From IMG/VR virus record IMGVR_UViG_3300033146_003848, positions 82,141 to 146,140 of that record: a DNA stretch of 64,000 nt. One strand, 5' to 3'. The DNA comes from a virus. Positions 1 through 10,641 of the stretch are shown one piece after another. The translations under genes and the position numbers were made by a program. The stretch's first letter is position 1, and every line of letters starts with the position of its first letter. The notes under the pieces were generated by a model. That model made no database searches and was not told the DNA's origin. It saw only the letters and a list, made by a program, of their open reading frames with translations.

Positions 1-1
1 A

Positions 2-691
2 TCGAAACGCTCTATGATATTCCAACATTTCAAGGTCAGTCCTATTTTGGAGCAATCAACTGAGGATGGAAATGATGAGAATTCAAGTTCATCATATTGG
101 CTAGAAATAAAAGATTTCGATTCTAGTGCGAATGAAGTTGGTATTTATTCTATCATGGATTTCCCAACATATTCTTTTGATATTGATTTTAGTAATCCAA
201 AACTTAGTGTGAATTCAATGATTCAATTAGTTGAAGAAATTATTGAGCCTAATTCACCAGTCGGGAAACAATTTGATATTGAGAATAATGTAGGTGAAGG
301 GATTGTTTGCACTTTTATGTGGGAAAACATTCTATATCGATTTAAAGTGAAAGGTGAAAAGCATTCTGCAACAAAAGTGAAGACTCTGACTCCTGTTGAT
401 GAAGAAAAGGAGCGAGTTAAAATCGAGTTTGCAAATCTAGTATGTAGTGCTTCACGATTAGAACAAGCCTGGGACGAATGTTTTCATGTGGGCCAAAGTG
501 AAGAAATAGAGAATAAGAATAGAAAACATACTGGTTCATTTATTCGTCTAGTTATGAATGATATTCTTGCTGAAGAAGTTGATATAATGATGGAGCGAAA
601 ACTTGAAGTGTCAGATATTAAAGAAAGTGTTGGAAACATTTCAAGGAAATGGTTTTTTGAACAAATCGATGCTAATGTTGGACTAATATAA
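2..691 (+). CDS. RNA ligase (Rnl2-like), 5'-truncated by window edge
   Basis: Nucleotidyltransferase motifs GEGIV and FKVKGEKHS; frame open to the window start. Confidence 0.65.
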   Translation, partial: SKRSMIFQHFKVSPILEQSTEDGNDENSSSSYWLEIKDFDSSANEVGIYSIMDFPTYSFDIDFSNPKLSVNSMIQLVEEIIEPNSPVGKQFDIENNVGEGIVCTFMWENILYRFKVKGEKHSATKVKTLTPVDEEKERVKIEFANLVCSASRLEQAWDECFHVGQSEEIENKNRKHTGSFIRLVMNDILAEEVDIMMERKLEVSDIKESVGNISRKWFFEQIDANVGLI

Positions 692-692
692 T

Positions 693-721
693 TTGACTTA
701 GAGTGATATTTATGTTATATT
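693..721 (+). promoter_or_regulatory. sigma70-like promoter
   Basis: TTGACT-17-TATATT with TG extension. Confidence 0.6.
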
Positions 722-760
722 ATTATTGTGAAAACAATAACTTTTATAGAGGAAATCAAA

Positions 761-1909
761 ATGGCAAGAATTGAATTAACATTGTCCCCAGATTACGTTA
801 GTACGTGGGGAATTTCGGAAGCGTTGAGAGAATTGGAACAGAACATTATCGATAGAGCAAATGAGGATTATTACGCCAAAAAGATACATATATTTGAGCC
901 TGAAAATGAGAGACTGATTGTTGGTAATCAAAACACAACGATTCCAAAAAAGACATTGCTACTGGGACAAACAACAAAACGAAATGATAGCAATAGTATT
1001 GGTACTTTCGGTGAAGGATATAAATTAGCGTTGTTGATTTTAAATAGATTGGGATTAAAAACTAAGATATATAATGGTTCTGAATTGTGGGAGCCAAAAA
1101 TTATCGAATCGAGGAAATTTGGTGGTAAATTATTAGTGATCGACACTTCTTTGCCAAATTATGTGGATACTCCAAAAGACCTAATTTTTTACATTGAAGG
1201 TGTTACCAAAGAAATGTACGCGGACTTTAAAAATAAATGTCTATTTCATCAAGAGGTTGGATCAGTTATTGATGTTGCAGGAACAGGACAAATACTTCTA
1301 AATCCTAAATTTGGTGGTAAATTGTTCGTTGAAGGCTTATTCATTTGTGATTCTAAAACAAAGTATGGATATAATTTCAAGTCTCATAAAATTCAATTGA
1401 ATAGAGATAGAAGTCAAGTGGGAGATTTTGATCTTTCATATGAATCCTCTAGATTGTGGATGCATCATAACGTAACTGCTGAAGATGAACTTAATAAAAT
1501 TGATACTTTAGTTGTAGATATGATGAAGAGTGATAGTTTAGACATTCGATTTATTTCTTCATTTGGAGGTTCTAATTTTAGACGAGTCTGTGAGTTAAAA
1601 ATGAAAAAATTCAATGCCGATTTTAATCCAAATAGTGTTCCTGTGAAGACATCAGAAGAGGCCAAACATTTAAGAGAAATTTATGATAATGTTGATCCAA
1701 TAATCGTTACTAGTAGCGATTATGAATACTATTCTTGTACTCCAACATATAAAGAGAGATTGAAATCTTTGGGAGCCGATAATATGAAATTGGATAGTCC
1801 TCAATCGATATTAAAGACATTTAAATATAAATATCAAAATAATTTAGGATATAATGAACTTCAAGCATTAGATGAAATTATTGGTCAAGCATATTATTGG
1901 TCAAATTAA
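761..1909 (+). CDS. GHKL/HATPase_c-family ATP-binding protein
   Basis: EALRELEQNIID N-box and IGTFGEGYKLA G2-box; GAGG RBS before ATG 761. Confidence 0.75.
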   Translation: MARIELTLSPDYVSTWGISEALRELEQNIIDRANEDYYAKKIHIFEPENERLIVGNQNTTIPKKTLLLGQTTKRNDSNSIGTFGEGYKLALLILNRLGLKTKIYNGSELWEPKIIESRKFGGKLLVIDTSLPNYVDTPKDLIFYIEGVTKEMYADFKNKCLFHQEVGSVIDVAGTGQILLNPKFGGKLFVEGLFICDSKTKYGYNFKSHKIQLNRDRSQVGDFDLSYESSRLWMHHNVTAEDELNKIDTLVVDMMKSDSLDIRFISSFGGSNFRRVCELKMKKFNADFNPNSVPVKTSEEAKHLREIYDNVDPIIVTSSDYEYYSCTPTYKERLKSLGADNMKLDSPQSILKTFKYKYQNNLGYNELQALDEIIGQAYYWSN

Positions 1910-2067
1910 ATATTTTAAAATGTCGATTGCATGCTCAAGTGAGCCTAGATTATCTCGAACGTTTGATGTGAGATTGAAAGAAAATTCGATTCCCGTCAAA
2001 ACAATGAAGCAAATAAACGAGTTCTGTCCGTTTTTAGGACAGAACGCAAACAAATAGAGGAGACAAA

Positions 2068-2541
2068 ATGGAGATAAAAGTTTTAAGAGTCAATGATAAT
2101 AGTGACTCAACTATCGGTCTATTTTATATAGATGATGTATTTCAATGTTTTACTATTGAAGATGAGGGTAGAACTGAGAAAGTGAGCGGTCAGACTAGAA
2201 TCTGGTCAGGTACATATGAAATAGGACTTCGAAGAGTTGGTGGGTTTCATGAGCGATACTTGAAAAAATTCCCTGATATGCACGAGGGAATGTTGGAAGT
2301 TTTAGATGTTGAGGGCTTTGAATATATTTTGATACATATAGGCAACGAAGAAGATGATACAGATGGTTGTTTATTAGTAGGAACAAGTTGCACGTCTAAT
2401 TTAGATAATAGAGGATTTATAGGTCATTCAACTAATGCATATAAACAGATTTATCCTCAAATACTTCAAGCATTAAAGAATGATGAAGAGGTAACAATCA
2501 CATATATTAATCCCAATTTCATAGAGAATATCAATGAGTGA
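2068..2541 (+). CDS. DUF5675 family protein
   Basis: STIG..FQCFTIED..GTY..ILIHIGN..DTDGCLLVG signature. Confidence 0.75.
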   Translation: MEIKVLRVNDNSDSTIGLFYIDDVFQCFTIEDEGRTEKVSGQTRIWSGTYEIGLRRVGGFHERYLKKFPDMHEGMLEVLDVEGFEYILIHIGNEEDDTDGCLLVGTSCTSNLDNRGFIGHSTNAYKQIYPQILQALKNDEEVTITYINPNFIENINE

Positions 2542-3091
2542 TATATCAAAAGACATATCATTTCAAGGGAGATTCACTTTTGAATATGGTCTTATAGAAG
2601 TTAAAGATAATCGAACGTTATTACTGGTGTCTAATAATATTGAACCCTTCAAATATTTATTTTCGAGAAAGGAGTTGGCAGGTAAATTATATCAAAATGT
2701 TGGATTTATTCCAGGATCAACATTACATTTTGATGCAGATAAAATCATTTGGATGTTGTTATCGAAAGACGATAATATTGAGTTCAATATTAACGATAAA
2801 GATACCTTTAATTCGTTACATGCAATAGAGAAGCAATTGATACAATCAGGAGACACTGATGAGTTTCAACTGCGAACGTTTGTTCCACAAGTCAAGGGAA
2901 TATTTTCATCTAAAGACAAGAATGAGCCTGAGAAGAGTTTATTGGAACCTACTAAAAAGGAAGTGTTTCTGATGAGTAGTTTGTCCGTAAGAAGTGAAAA
3001 GTATATTACTGGTTCACATATGATAGAAATATTGGATGATGAATTTATGACAACATATTCATCATTTCCAAAGGAAATGATTTTAATTTAA
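2534..3091 (+). CDS. hypothetical protein
   Basis: 185-aa ORF overlapping the upstream stop. Confidence 0.7.
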   Translation: MSDISKDISFQGRFTFEYGLIEVKDNRTLLLVSNNIEPFKYLFSRKELAGKLYQNVGFIPGSTLHFDADKIIWMLLSKDDNIEFNINDKDTFNSLHAIEKQLIQSGDTDEFQLRTFVPQVKGIFSSKDKNEPEKSLLEPTKKEVFLMSSLSVRSEKYITGSHMIEILDDEFMTTYSSFPKEMILI

Positions 3092-3101
3092 GGAGGAAGA
3101 T

Positions 3102-3521
3102 ATGAAATGTAAAGTTTGCGGTATTGAAAATGGAACTAGAAGTGTTTGTGAGAGTTGTGGAGCCAAATTGGAAGAGTTTGTGCTTGAGGATGGAATTCGA
3201 AAGAATCATCTTCGTAAATTGGTTAGAGATAAGATGCCATTGGTATATAAACATCAGTTGAAGAAGTTTGATGGACATAAAGTTGAAGATCCTAAACAAT
3301 TGCGAATGTTAATAATGGAGAACATTCAAGAAGAGATAGATAAACTCAAAAAGGGAGAATCTGAAGTATTTGCTATGGTAGAGATTATTGACTTAGTGTT
3401 AGCGTTAGGAGGAACTTCTAAGTTAGCCTTTGAGGATATTTTCCAAAAGAGGAAGGAGACAATCGACAAGTATGGTTCGTTTGCTAATTCTTGTTATATT
3501 AAGTGGGTAGAAGAAAAGTAA
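3102..3521 (+). CDS. MazG-like NTP pyrophosphohydrolase with N-terminal zinc ribbon
   Basis: CxxC..CxxC then KLVRDKMP, EEI..EIID, KR....YGSF. Confidence 0.65.
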   Translation: MKCKVCGIENGTRSVCESCGAKLEEFVLEDGIRKNHLRKLVRDKMPLVYKHQLKKFDGHKVEDPKQLRMLIMENIQEEIDKLKKGESEVFAMVEIIDLVLALGGTSKLAFEDIFQKRKETIDKYGSFANSCYIKWVEEK

Positions 3522-3527
3522 TTTAAG

Positions 3528-3556
3528 TTGACTTGGTTGATAAATTATGATATAGT
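3528..3556 (+). promoter_or_regulatory. sigma70-like promoter
   Basis: TTGACTTGG..TGATATAGT, 17-bp spacer. Confidence 0.7.
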
Positions 3557-3589
3557 GTATTGAAAGTTATTAATTATTTGAGAGATATT

Positions 3590-4120
3590 ATGAATATTCA
3601 AGTTTGGTCGAGAGCAAAAATGAATTTCTTGATTGATAGGAAAATTGCATTGCCATTTCATAAGAATGAACCATATGTGATTGTTTCAATATGTGGAGTT
3701 TATGATGCAGTATATGGATTAGATTCGTTGTCTGCAACAGGGATTCTAGAATTAAAATTTGCCGATATGACTCGTGAGTATTGGGAAAAACATCAATCAA
3801 CATTACATCCAGATAGCATGTTTAATGAAACTCATGCTATTAAATTGTTAGACTTTATTTATAAAAATAAAGATGTGGAAAATTGGATAATACATTGTGA
3901 TGCTGGACTTAGTCGTTCGGGAGCAGTTGCTAGTTGGATAGCCAATCATTTTGGAATATCATTCCAAGAGTTGCAAGATCAACAGGATCATAAAATTTAT
4001 CCGAATTCGATCGTCTTAGATGTTATGAATGAAGTTTCAGGTAAAACTAAAGATGCTCAAAAATTATATGATGATTTATTTAATAATTCCCAGAGCAGAA
4101 GAGGTATAAAATATGACTAA
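3590..4120 (+). CDS. protein tyrosine/dual-specificity phosphatase-like
   Basis: CX5R loop IHCDAGLSRSGA. Confidence 0.8.
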   Translation: MNIQVWSRAKMNFLIDRKIALPFHKNEPYVIVSICGVYDAVYGLDSLSATGILELKFADMTREYWEKHQSTLHPDSMFNETHAIKLLDFIYKNKDVENWIIHCDAGLSRSGAVASWIANHFGISFQELQDQQDHKIYPNSIVLDVMNEVSGKTKDAQKLYDDLFNNSQSRRGIKYD

Positions 4121-4697
4121 TATTAATAATTTAATTGAACAACAACGACACCAAGAATTAGAAAAATTTGAGGAAGAATATGTGTGGTTAAAGGAGGAAT
4201 ATAGTAGAGTTAGGGCTACTATGAATAATATGATAACTATTTCGATGAACAATTTAATTAATTCTACTATCCCATTTATTTTAGTGGGAGTATTATTAAT
4301 TGTTGCCATTTTTGCGATAGATTTTTCAAGCATAGTGTCTCATTCAAATCAAATCATTAAATGGAGTATGATTGGGGGATTAGGAGCCTTCATTATAGTA
4401 TTCTTAACTTCGGCTCACATTATTTATTTGAAATGGTCACTTATAGAAAAGACACTTGAGAGTATGTATTTATTAGATAATATATCTCTTCAAGAGGTTA
4501 TAGATAAAACTGAATTGTCAATTATAGAATCCCGAGGAGTTCTGTTAGAAACTTACAGGAATTGGCTTCAACATTGGGAACAAATTGGGAAGATTATCAT
4601 TATGACTCCAGTTTCAGATTCAGTTTTTGAACTTACATTTAAATTTGGATGGGTTAAAATATTATTATTAATGATTCAGCGAGAAAAAGTCAAATGA
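4113..4697 (+). CDS. membrane protein
   Basis: two hydrophobic segments. Confidence 0.65.
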   Translation: MTNINNLIEQQRHQELEKFEEEYVWLKEEYSRVRATMNNMITISMNNLINSTIPFILVGVLLIVAIFAIDFSSIVSHSNQIIKWSMIGGLGAFIIVFLTSAHIIYLKWSLIEKTLESMYLLDNISLQEVIDKTELSIIESRGVLLETYRNWLQHWEQIGKIIIMTPVSDSVFELTFKFGWVKILLLMIQREKVK

Positions 4698-5212
4698 AAG
4701 TAATTAGTCAAGAAACTTCATATGTGTGTCCGGTATTTTTGGTAGAACAACTCAAATATGATACTGGGCAAACAATGATGGTTCAAAAATGTCCATCTGT
4801 TGTACATATTGCTCCATATATTAAAGATAGTGACCGATATATATTAATCGAGGAATTTCGAGCAGGAGCAGAAGAGGTGTTATTAACATTTCCTGCCGGA
4901 AAAATAGATGCTGGAGAATCATCTTTAATTGCCGCATATCGAGAATGCATTGAGGAAACAGGATATGTCCCACTTGCATTAGAGTTAATACATGAGGGAT
5001 ATACTAATCCTGGAATTAGTGATGAGTACGCATTTTTCTATAAAGCCTCAGTTCGACCTGCTACAAACGCTGAGATGGAAACTCATTCGGCAGATGAGCA
5101 TGAGAATATTCAAATTCGCACCATGACAACAGTTGAATTGAGGAAAAAATTAGGAGATATCAAATCAATAAAAAGTTTCTTGCTTGCGAATTTGGTTTTG
5201 CAAAATAATTAA
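4694..5212 (+). CDS. NUDIX hydrolase (ADP-ribose pyrophosphatase-like)
   Basis: Nudix box GKIDAGESSLIAAYRECIEETGY; downstream NPG and EHE.I. Confidence 0.9.
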   Translation: MKVISQETSYVCPVFLVEQLKYDTGQTMMVQKCPSVVHIAPYIKDSDRYILIEEFRAGAEEVLLTFPAGKIDAGESSLIAAYRECIEETGYVPLALELIHEGYTNPGISDEYAFFYKASVRPATNAEMETHSADEHENIQIRTMTTVELRKKLGDIKSIKSFLLANLVLQNN

Positions 5213-5279
5213 TTATATGCTATACTATTAATAGAGAGTGTGAGAAAACAATTTATTAATTTTTTTAGGGAGACTAAAT

Positions 5280-5558
5280 ATGAGTGATTTTTTATTATCA
5301 TTTTGGTCAGAAAAAGACTACACATTAGAGCAGGAGTTAAGAATTTTACAGAAAGTGATTGAATTTTATTTAGGTCAATTGCCAAACATGACAATTGAAT
5401 TTTTGAAAAAAAGAAGAACTAGAGAAGTGATAAAAGTTTTTCAAGTGAGATATAATCATTTGGGATTAGGAGCAGAGAATTTTGCTATATTGCAGGATAT
5501 ATATAAACTGGAGAAATTAAGAACGAGGTCGTTTAATATTAATTTATTTGTTGAATAG
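5280..5558 (+). CDS. hypothetical protein
   Basis: GGAG RBS, 92 aa. Confidence 0.65.
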   Translation: MSDFLLSFWSEKDYTLEQELRILQKVIEFYLGQLPNMTIEFLKKRRTREVIKVFQVRYNHLGLGAENFAILQDIYKLEKLRTRSFNINLFVE

Positions 5559-5567
5559 GAGAAAGTT

Positions 5568-5720
5568 ATGCCAATGTATGATTATGTTTGTAAGAATTGT
5601 AAAGAGAAGTTTTCAAAGAATGTGCCAATGAAAGATTATAAAAAGCCACAGAAGTGTCCGAGTTGTAAATCGTTATGCGAAAAAAAGGTTTCCTGTGCGG
5701 CATTAAAGGATGTGCATTAG
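5568..5720 (+). CDS. FmdB-family zinc-ribbon protein (not in ORF track)
   Basis: MPMYDYVCKNC..F..........CPSC; AGGAG RBS. Confidence 0.8.
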   Translation: MPMYDYVCKNCKEKFSKNVPMKDYKKPQKCPSCKSLCEKKVSCAALKDVH

Positions 5721-5729
5721 GAGTGAAAC

Positions 5730-6479
5730 ATGAAATATGAAGTTTTAATAAGTAAGCCTAAAGATTTAATAACCACTGGACTTCTATTAGATTTAGACAA
5801 ATCTTTGGTTTTAGTTTTGAATGATAACAATGTGACAATACTCCATTCAGACATAAGTCATAAAGAGTCAATGATAGTATGGAATTTCACACCTGAAGTC
5901 AATGATATAGATGATAAAAAAATCACGAATGCGATTAAAGAGTATATGGATTCTGTATATCATTGTTCATTTGATGTGAAATTGTTTGAAATAATAAAGC
6001 CGACATTTATTTCAATATCTCAATCGTCATTTGAGCAAGAATGTAAAGCCGAGGCTCAACGATTTTTTAAAAGTCTTAGAGAGAATACCTCTAAAGAGAG
6101 TATAAAAAGTTTTTGTAGAAAGGCTAAGTTTATTGATTCTATTCAAGAACAAATGGATCCCAAACAAAAGATTATCTTAGAGATAGTGGATGGAGAAATC
6201 ATTTGGAATTTTAGAGATTTTACCAAGAATTTCATGAATAGAGTGTATATTATTGTGAAAAATATTGCCACAGAAACTTTCATTTCTGTACCACAATATG
6301 CAAAATTTTTAGATGCTCTGTATTTCTTAAAATCATCTGAAGAACATTATGACCTTGCCATGTTAGATAAATACTCTCAGAATTCAGAAGGGGAGCGAGA
6401 TTCCATTAAGTCAGGTGATATATGTTTCGCTGAAGGATGGAATCTGTTGAGAGAGTCTGATGATATATCCATCACATGA
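5730..6479 (+). CDS. hypothetical protein
   Basis: AGGAG RBS, 249 aa. Confidence 0.75.
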   Translation: MKYEVLISKPKDLITTGLLLDLDKSLVLVLNDNNVTILHSDISHKESMIVWNFTPEVNDIDDKKITNAIKEYMDSVYHCSFDVKLFEIIKPTFISISQSSFEQECKAEAQRFFKSLRENTSKESIKSFCRKAKFIDSIQEQMDPKQKIILEIVDGEIIWNFRDFTKNFMNRVYIIVKNIATETFISVPQYAKFLDALYFLKSSEEHYDLAMLDKYSQNSEGERDSIKSGDICFAEGWNLLRESDDISIT

Positions 6480-6492
6480 CTAGGAGAATTAA

Positions 6493-7110
6493 ATGTCAAC
6501 TGTAATAGAACTAGAGCGAAAATATCTTATGAGTGAAATTCCTATGGGAATAGTGAATTTTGGAATTCAACCTCCAAAAATCATTGAACAATTTTATGTG
6601 AAAAATGAGCAAGAAAGGTATAGACATGTTGAGTTTCAAGGGGAACATACTTTTTTTAAGCAATCAAAACGTTCATTGCCGATTGGATGTATTGAGAACT
6701 CCAATGTAATCAGCAAAGTTCGATATTGGTACAATAGAGTTTTTCACAAACAAGGGAATTTAATCCGAAAAGTTCGATATGAATTGCCAAGTGATATGTA
6801 TGATGAGATAATAATTGATTCCCAGTTTGTGAATAATATCATTATAGATAAATTTAAATTGACTGAAAATCGAAAGTTTTTTGTTATGGAAATAGAATTT
6901 GCTAATACTGAGGGATATCTAAATGGACAACATTTAACCGCAGAATTTGATGATTTAATGATTGATGTTACTGGCGATACACGGTTTTATAATCGAAGTA
7001 TATCTAAACCGAATAGTTTTATTGAATTATATCCTCTTCTAGATTCTCTTTATCGAAAAATTGACGTTAAAAGGATAACTCATATGAAGGAGAAAAAACG
7101 TGAAAAATAA
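6493..7110 (+). CDS. CYTH-domain (triphosphate tunnel) protein
   Basis: N-terminal ELERKYL, K.RY, EIEF, DVT....Y.N. Confidence 0.8.
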   Translation: MSTVIELERKYLMSEIPMGIVNFGIQPPKIIEQFYVKNEQERYRHVEFQGEHTFFKQSKRSLPIGCIENSNVISKVRYWYNRVFHKQGNLIRKVRYELPSDMYDEIIIDSQFVNNIIIDKFKLTENRKFFVMEIEFANTEGYLNGQHLTAEFDDLMIDVTGDTRFYNRSISKPNSFIELYPLLDSLYRKIDVKRITHMKEKKREK

Positions 7111-7429
7111 AATATTATTATTATTCATAGGTCTGTTGTTCATATCATGTGCTCATGTTCCGATAGAGATTAATATCCCTGACTGTTCCCGAATCATAAA
7201 ATTTCAACGGAATATTCAAGAACGAGATATTTTAATAATCATGAATATACATAAGGAAATCATAGACTTACAATTAAATATTTTCGATAATGACATTTTG
7301 GTGTGTAATGAATTTAAATTAGAAGTGTCAAAGATAAAAGAATATTTACCATCATCAGAGAGTATTGTTAAGTTGGGTGTTGAGAATTGTAATCGGATAA
7401 ACTTGGATTCAAAAGAACCTTCAAAATGA
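7100..7429 (+). CDS. putative lipoprotein
   Basis: MKNK + hydrophobic core + FISC lipobox. Confidence 0.6.
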   Translation: MKNKILLLFIGLLFISCAHVPIEINIPDCSRIIKFQRNIQERDILIIMNIHKEIIDLQLNIFDNDILVCNEFKLEVSKIKEYLPSSESIVKLGVENCNRINLDSKEPSK

Positions 7430-7447
7430 TAAGAGTAATATAATCAA

Positions 7448-8197
7448 ATGAATTTTTTAAATGAAACACGACGGTATTTAATATATGCGTTTATGGATCC
7501 CAAAGATCGTCCATATTACATTTACTATAGTGACTTGTCTTATGGTGAGATATGTCGAAAAGAAGGGCATAAATTGACTGTTACTGGATATTTTGATCCT
7601 GAATATATCAAGGCTAAGGAATTTCAAAATCAAGGGTTTCCATTCGTGATTAGTGTCCTTGAGGATGGAATAGTTGAAGAAAATGATGCTATCAAAAAAG
7701 TATTTTCTTGGATAAAACATTATCAGCGAAAGAATTTAATGTTAATGAATCGGTTTTATGATGCAGAAGGCAATGAAAGAGATGATTCTCCACATAAAAT
7801 ATATTTAGCATACGAAAAACATAAGAAGAAACTAAAAGATGATGCATTTAGTTGGCAACAATATTATGAAGATATCGAGAGATATTATTCACCTAAAGAT
7901 AAAAGTAAATTTAAAGGAGCAAAGAGTTATAGAGCAAAGATTTGGACATTTATAAGTCCAAGCGGAAAAAAATATGAGATATTTGGAGAGTTAAAGGAGT
8001 TTTGTAAGAAGCGAGGATTAAGATATAATTCAGTAAAGAATTATGTTCAAGGTAAATGGAAACATCCCACATATAAAGGATGGATCATTACTAAAAGAGA
8101 TCCTACAGATGAAGAAAGAAAAAAGTTGAAAATCATTGACACGGCTGATGTAATAGAGTATACTATAAGAGTAAAGACTTTAAATAATGAAGATTAA
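7448..8197 (+). CDS. degenerate GIY-YIG-like endonuclease with NUMOD-like C-terminus
   Basis: YLIYAFMDP..PYYI N-terminus; SPSGKKYEI..KEFCK..GL..YKGW tail. Confidence 0.45.
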   Translation: MNFLNETRRYLIYAFMDPKDRPYYIYYSDLSYGEICRKEGHKLTVTGYFDPEYIKAKEFQNQGFPFVISVLEDGIVEENDAIKKVFSWIKHYQRKNLMLMNRFYDAEGNERDDSPHKIYLAYEKHKKKLKDDAFSWQQYYEDIERYYSPKDKSKFKGAKSYRAKIWTFISPSGKKYEIFGELKEFCKKRGLRYNSVKNYVQGKWKHPTYKGWIITKRDPTDEERKKLKIIDTADVIEYTIRVKTLNNED

Positions 8198-8216
8198 TAA
8201 TTTTAGGAGATTTAGT

Positions 8217-8672
8217 ATGAGTAAATCAAAACAAAAAACATTAATGAAGTTAGAACAAAAATATTCTAATCTCAAGCACCAACGAGAAAAGGTTATTATG
8301 AAACTACAAAGCATTAATGAGCAGTTAAAAAAAAGTCGCGGTGAAGTAAGAGCATTTAAAGCAAAATGGTACAAAAGTAATGAGAGGAGTAATATTAATA
8401 TTACTGTTCATGCGGTGTTAAGATATGTGGAGAGAGTGTTGAATATTAATGTTGACCAATATCGCAATCAAGAGCCAAATGATAATAAATTGTTGCCATT
8501 ATTACTGCAACAAGAGAGTTTGGTTTTAACTGAATTATATGATGAGATGCTTCCCGAAGCATTAGCAAAAGCAATTCCACTTTGTGGAGATAATAGATAC
8601 AAAGTGAAGACTGAACGAGGAGAATTTGATTTAAAAGTAGCCAACGATACAATAATAACAGTACTAACGTAA
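8217..8672 (+). CDS. hypothetical protein (coiled coil + T.HA..RY.ER domain)
   Basis: AGGAG RBS before 8217; ITVHAVLRYVERV. Confidence 0.6.
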   Translation: MSKSKQKTLMKLEQKYSNLKHQREKVIMKLQSINEQLKKSRGEVRAFKAKWYKSNERSNINITVHAVLRYVERVLNINVDQYRNQEPNDNKLLPLLLQQESLVLTELYDEMLPEALAKAIPLCGDNRYKVKTERGEFDLKVANDTIITVLT

Positions 8673-8682
8673 GGAGTAAAAA

Positions 8683-8898
8683 ATGAAAAATTTCATAAAA
8701 TTAAAAACTATTCGAGAGGATATGAATAAAAAATATTCATCTCAATCAGCATGGTTAGATGCTGATGTTTTAGATTTAGGGCGAATGATACGAGGAGTGT
8801 CCAAAGAAGATGATGATATTATCGTTGCAAATGTGATTCGTTGGGTTTATAAATGGGAAATAATATCTAAACGATATTTAGATTTAAGAAGAGGTTAA
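8683..8898 (+). CDS. hypothetical protein
   Basis: AAGGAG RBS. Confidence 0.65.
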   Translation: MKNFIKLKTIREDMNKKYSSQSAWLDADVLDLGRMIRGVSKEDDDIIVANVIRWVYKWEIISKRYLDLRRG

Positions 8899-8901
8899 AA
8901 T

Positions 8902-9330
8902 ATGGAAATTGTTAAATATGAGAAATTAATAGATGTATTAATGGTTAATGAAGCATTGGTTTTTTTAAATGTGGATGAACCAGCAGAATGGGAAACAGCG
9001 ATAGTAAGTCACATGATAGAATATGATATTGTGCCGGTAGATTTTCAATTTCAAAATGCGTTTATTACAAAGAGAGATGCTGATCATTGGGATTTAGTCT
9101 TCATGTTGCCTGAAAATAAGGATAATTTAGATTTATTGAAACTCAAGAAGTGGAAAGATTTAGTTAGTCCCGAAAATGAATTATCCGATGAGTATGTTGA
9201 TGCTATAATGTCAGGTGATGATGATTATCATGTGGAGAGTAATGATTTAAATCGTATCGAATGGCTTTCAGATTACGTTGAAAAATATGCTCAGGATCAT
9301 AATCAATTAATAATGTCTAGTGAGGCATAA
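8902..9330 (+). CDS. acidic hypothetical protein
   Basis: GAGG RBS; D/E-rich. Confidence 0.7.
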   Translation: MEIVKYEKLIDVLMVNEALVFLNVDEPAEWETAIVSHMIEYDIVPVDFQFQNAFITKRDADHWDLVFMLPENKDNLDLLKLKKWKDLVSPENELSDEYVDAIMSGDDDYHVESNDLNRIEWLSDYVEKYAQDHNQLIMSSEA

Positions 9331-9399
9331 ATTAATTTAAAGTTTTTGTTTCTTTTGATATATTATATTGTATTTATAACCAATATTAGGAGAAATTAA

Positions 9400-9594
9400 A
9401 TGAACGCTTTTGATGTATTAGATGGTAAAGAAGAATTTATCATGATTGATGAGAAAGCCTTGACGAAAACGAAATGTGTTTTCATAGAATGGTCACATAA
9501 TAATAAACGAGCAATTGTGAAAAACTTGGACTTAAATAAAAATATGTCCATTGATGGTGAAGAATTTTTAGAGTTTATTGGTTGGCAGCAATAA
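9400..9594 (+). CDS. hypothetical protein
   Basis: AGGAG RBS. Confidence 0.65.
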   Translation: MNAFDVLDGKEEFIMIDEKALTKTKCVFIEWSHNNKRAIVKNLDLNKNMSIDGEEFLEFIGWQQ

Positions 9595-9608
9595 ATTTTA
9601 GATTATTA

Positions 9609-9637
9609 TTGACAGGGCTCAAAATTAATGATATAAT
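9609..9637 (+). promoter_or_regulatory. early sigma70 promoter
   Basis: TTGACA-17-TATAAT with TG. Confidence 0.85.
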
Positions 9638-9698
9638 ATGATTATAAACAATTGAAAATGTCAATTGTAGTTTTTATTATTCATTGATGGAGAGACTT

Positions 9699-10205
9699 AT
9701 GAAATTTGTACTAATTCAAAACACAAACAACGAATTGTATTGCATCGAATCGGACAAACTCAATGACGTTGAATATCCATTCAACGTCATTGTTCCTGAG
9801 TTTGAGGGCGAACTCAGTACTAGAACCACATCACATGCGGCAGAAGACTTCAGTGTAAATGTAAATGATACTATTTATTGCGATTCATTAGGTAAACACA
9901 TTCAAGTTACCAAAATAGATTCCACCAAAGTAAATTTTGATAATATGTATCAAAATTATTTTTTAATTGAAGAAAATGAAAAAATTGATGAGGATGAAAA
10001 ATCAGAAGCGGATCAAATGATAGTTCCTAGTTCATATATGATAGCGACATATCAGACAGTTAAGGATGTGTTCGTGGGAGTTCGTATTCCAACCTCAGAA
10101 TATAAATGCATTAAAGAAACTAGGGTTTCGGTGAACGATATTGTTTATTGTGGAGCCAATAGAAGTTGGATCAAAGTAATAGCAGTGTATTCTATAGGAG
10201 AGTAA
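9699..10205 (+). CDS. hypothetical protein with internal repeat
   Basis: VNDTIYC / VNDIVYC duplicated; GGAG RBS. Confidence 0.7.
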   Translation: MKFVLIQNTNNELYCIESDKLNDVEYPFNVIVPEFEGELSTRTTSHAAEDFSVNVNDTIYCDSLGKHIQVTKIDSTKVNFDNMYQNYFLIEENEKIDEDEKSEADQMIVPSSYMIATYQTVKDVFVGVRIPTSEYKCIKETRVSVNDIVYCGANRSWIKVIAVYSIGE

Positions 10206-10206
10206 T

Positions 10207-10641
10207 GTGAAATATACAGACGAACAAATAATTTTATTGGCGATTTCTCAAAAGAAATATCCTGAAATTTCAAGTTCCAATGCCATTCAATCTACTATAT
10301 CAGGGCTTTCTCGAATATATATTTACCAAGATGACATTCAAATGCTTACTTTGGCTTGCGATATAGGTATAGAAATTATAATTCGAGAATACTCTAATCG
10401 TCCTGATATATTAGTTAGTAAAATGAAGGATATCATGAGACAAAAGTTATCGTTAATGCCCGATGCTCATAGTTTTATATCGAAGAAGTTTAAAAGGACG
10501 CATCATGTGAAGATATTGGATGTTATATATAAACATTTATCCGATATTCCGTTTTCTGTTGGAGAAAGTAATATTTTATCGATCATTAAACAAGAGGCTG
10601 ATGATACTTTAAAAAATCAGATAATTAATGTTTTTAATTGA
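10207..10641 (+). CDS. hypothetical protein
   Basis: AGGAG RBS, GTG start. Confidence 0.65.
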   Translation: MKYTDEQIILLAISQKKYPEISSSNAIQSTISGLSRIYIYQDDIQMLTLACDIGIEIIIREYSNRPDILVSKMKDIMRQKLSLMPDAHSFISKKFKRTHHVKILDVIYKHLSDIPFSVGESNILSIIKQEADDTLKNQIINVFN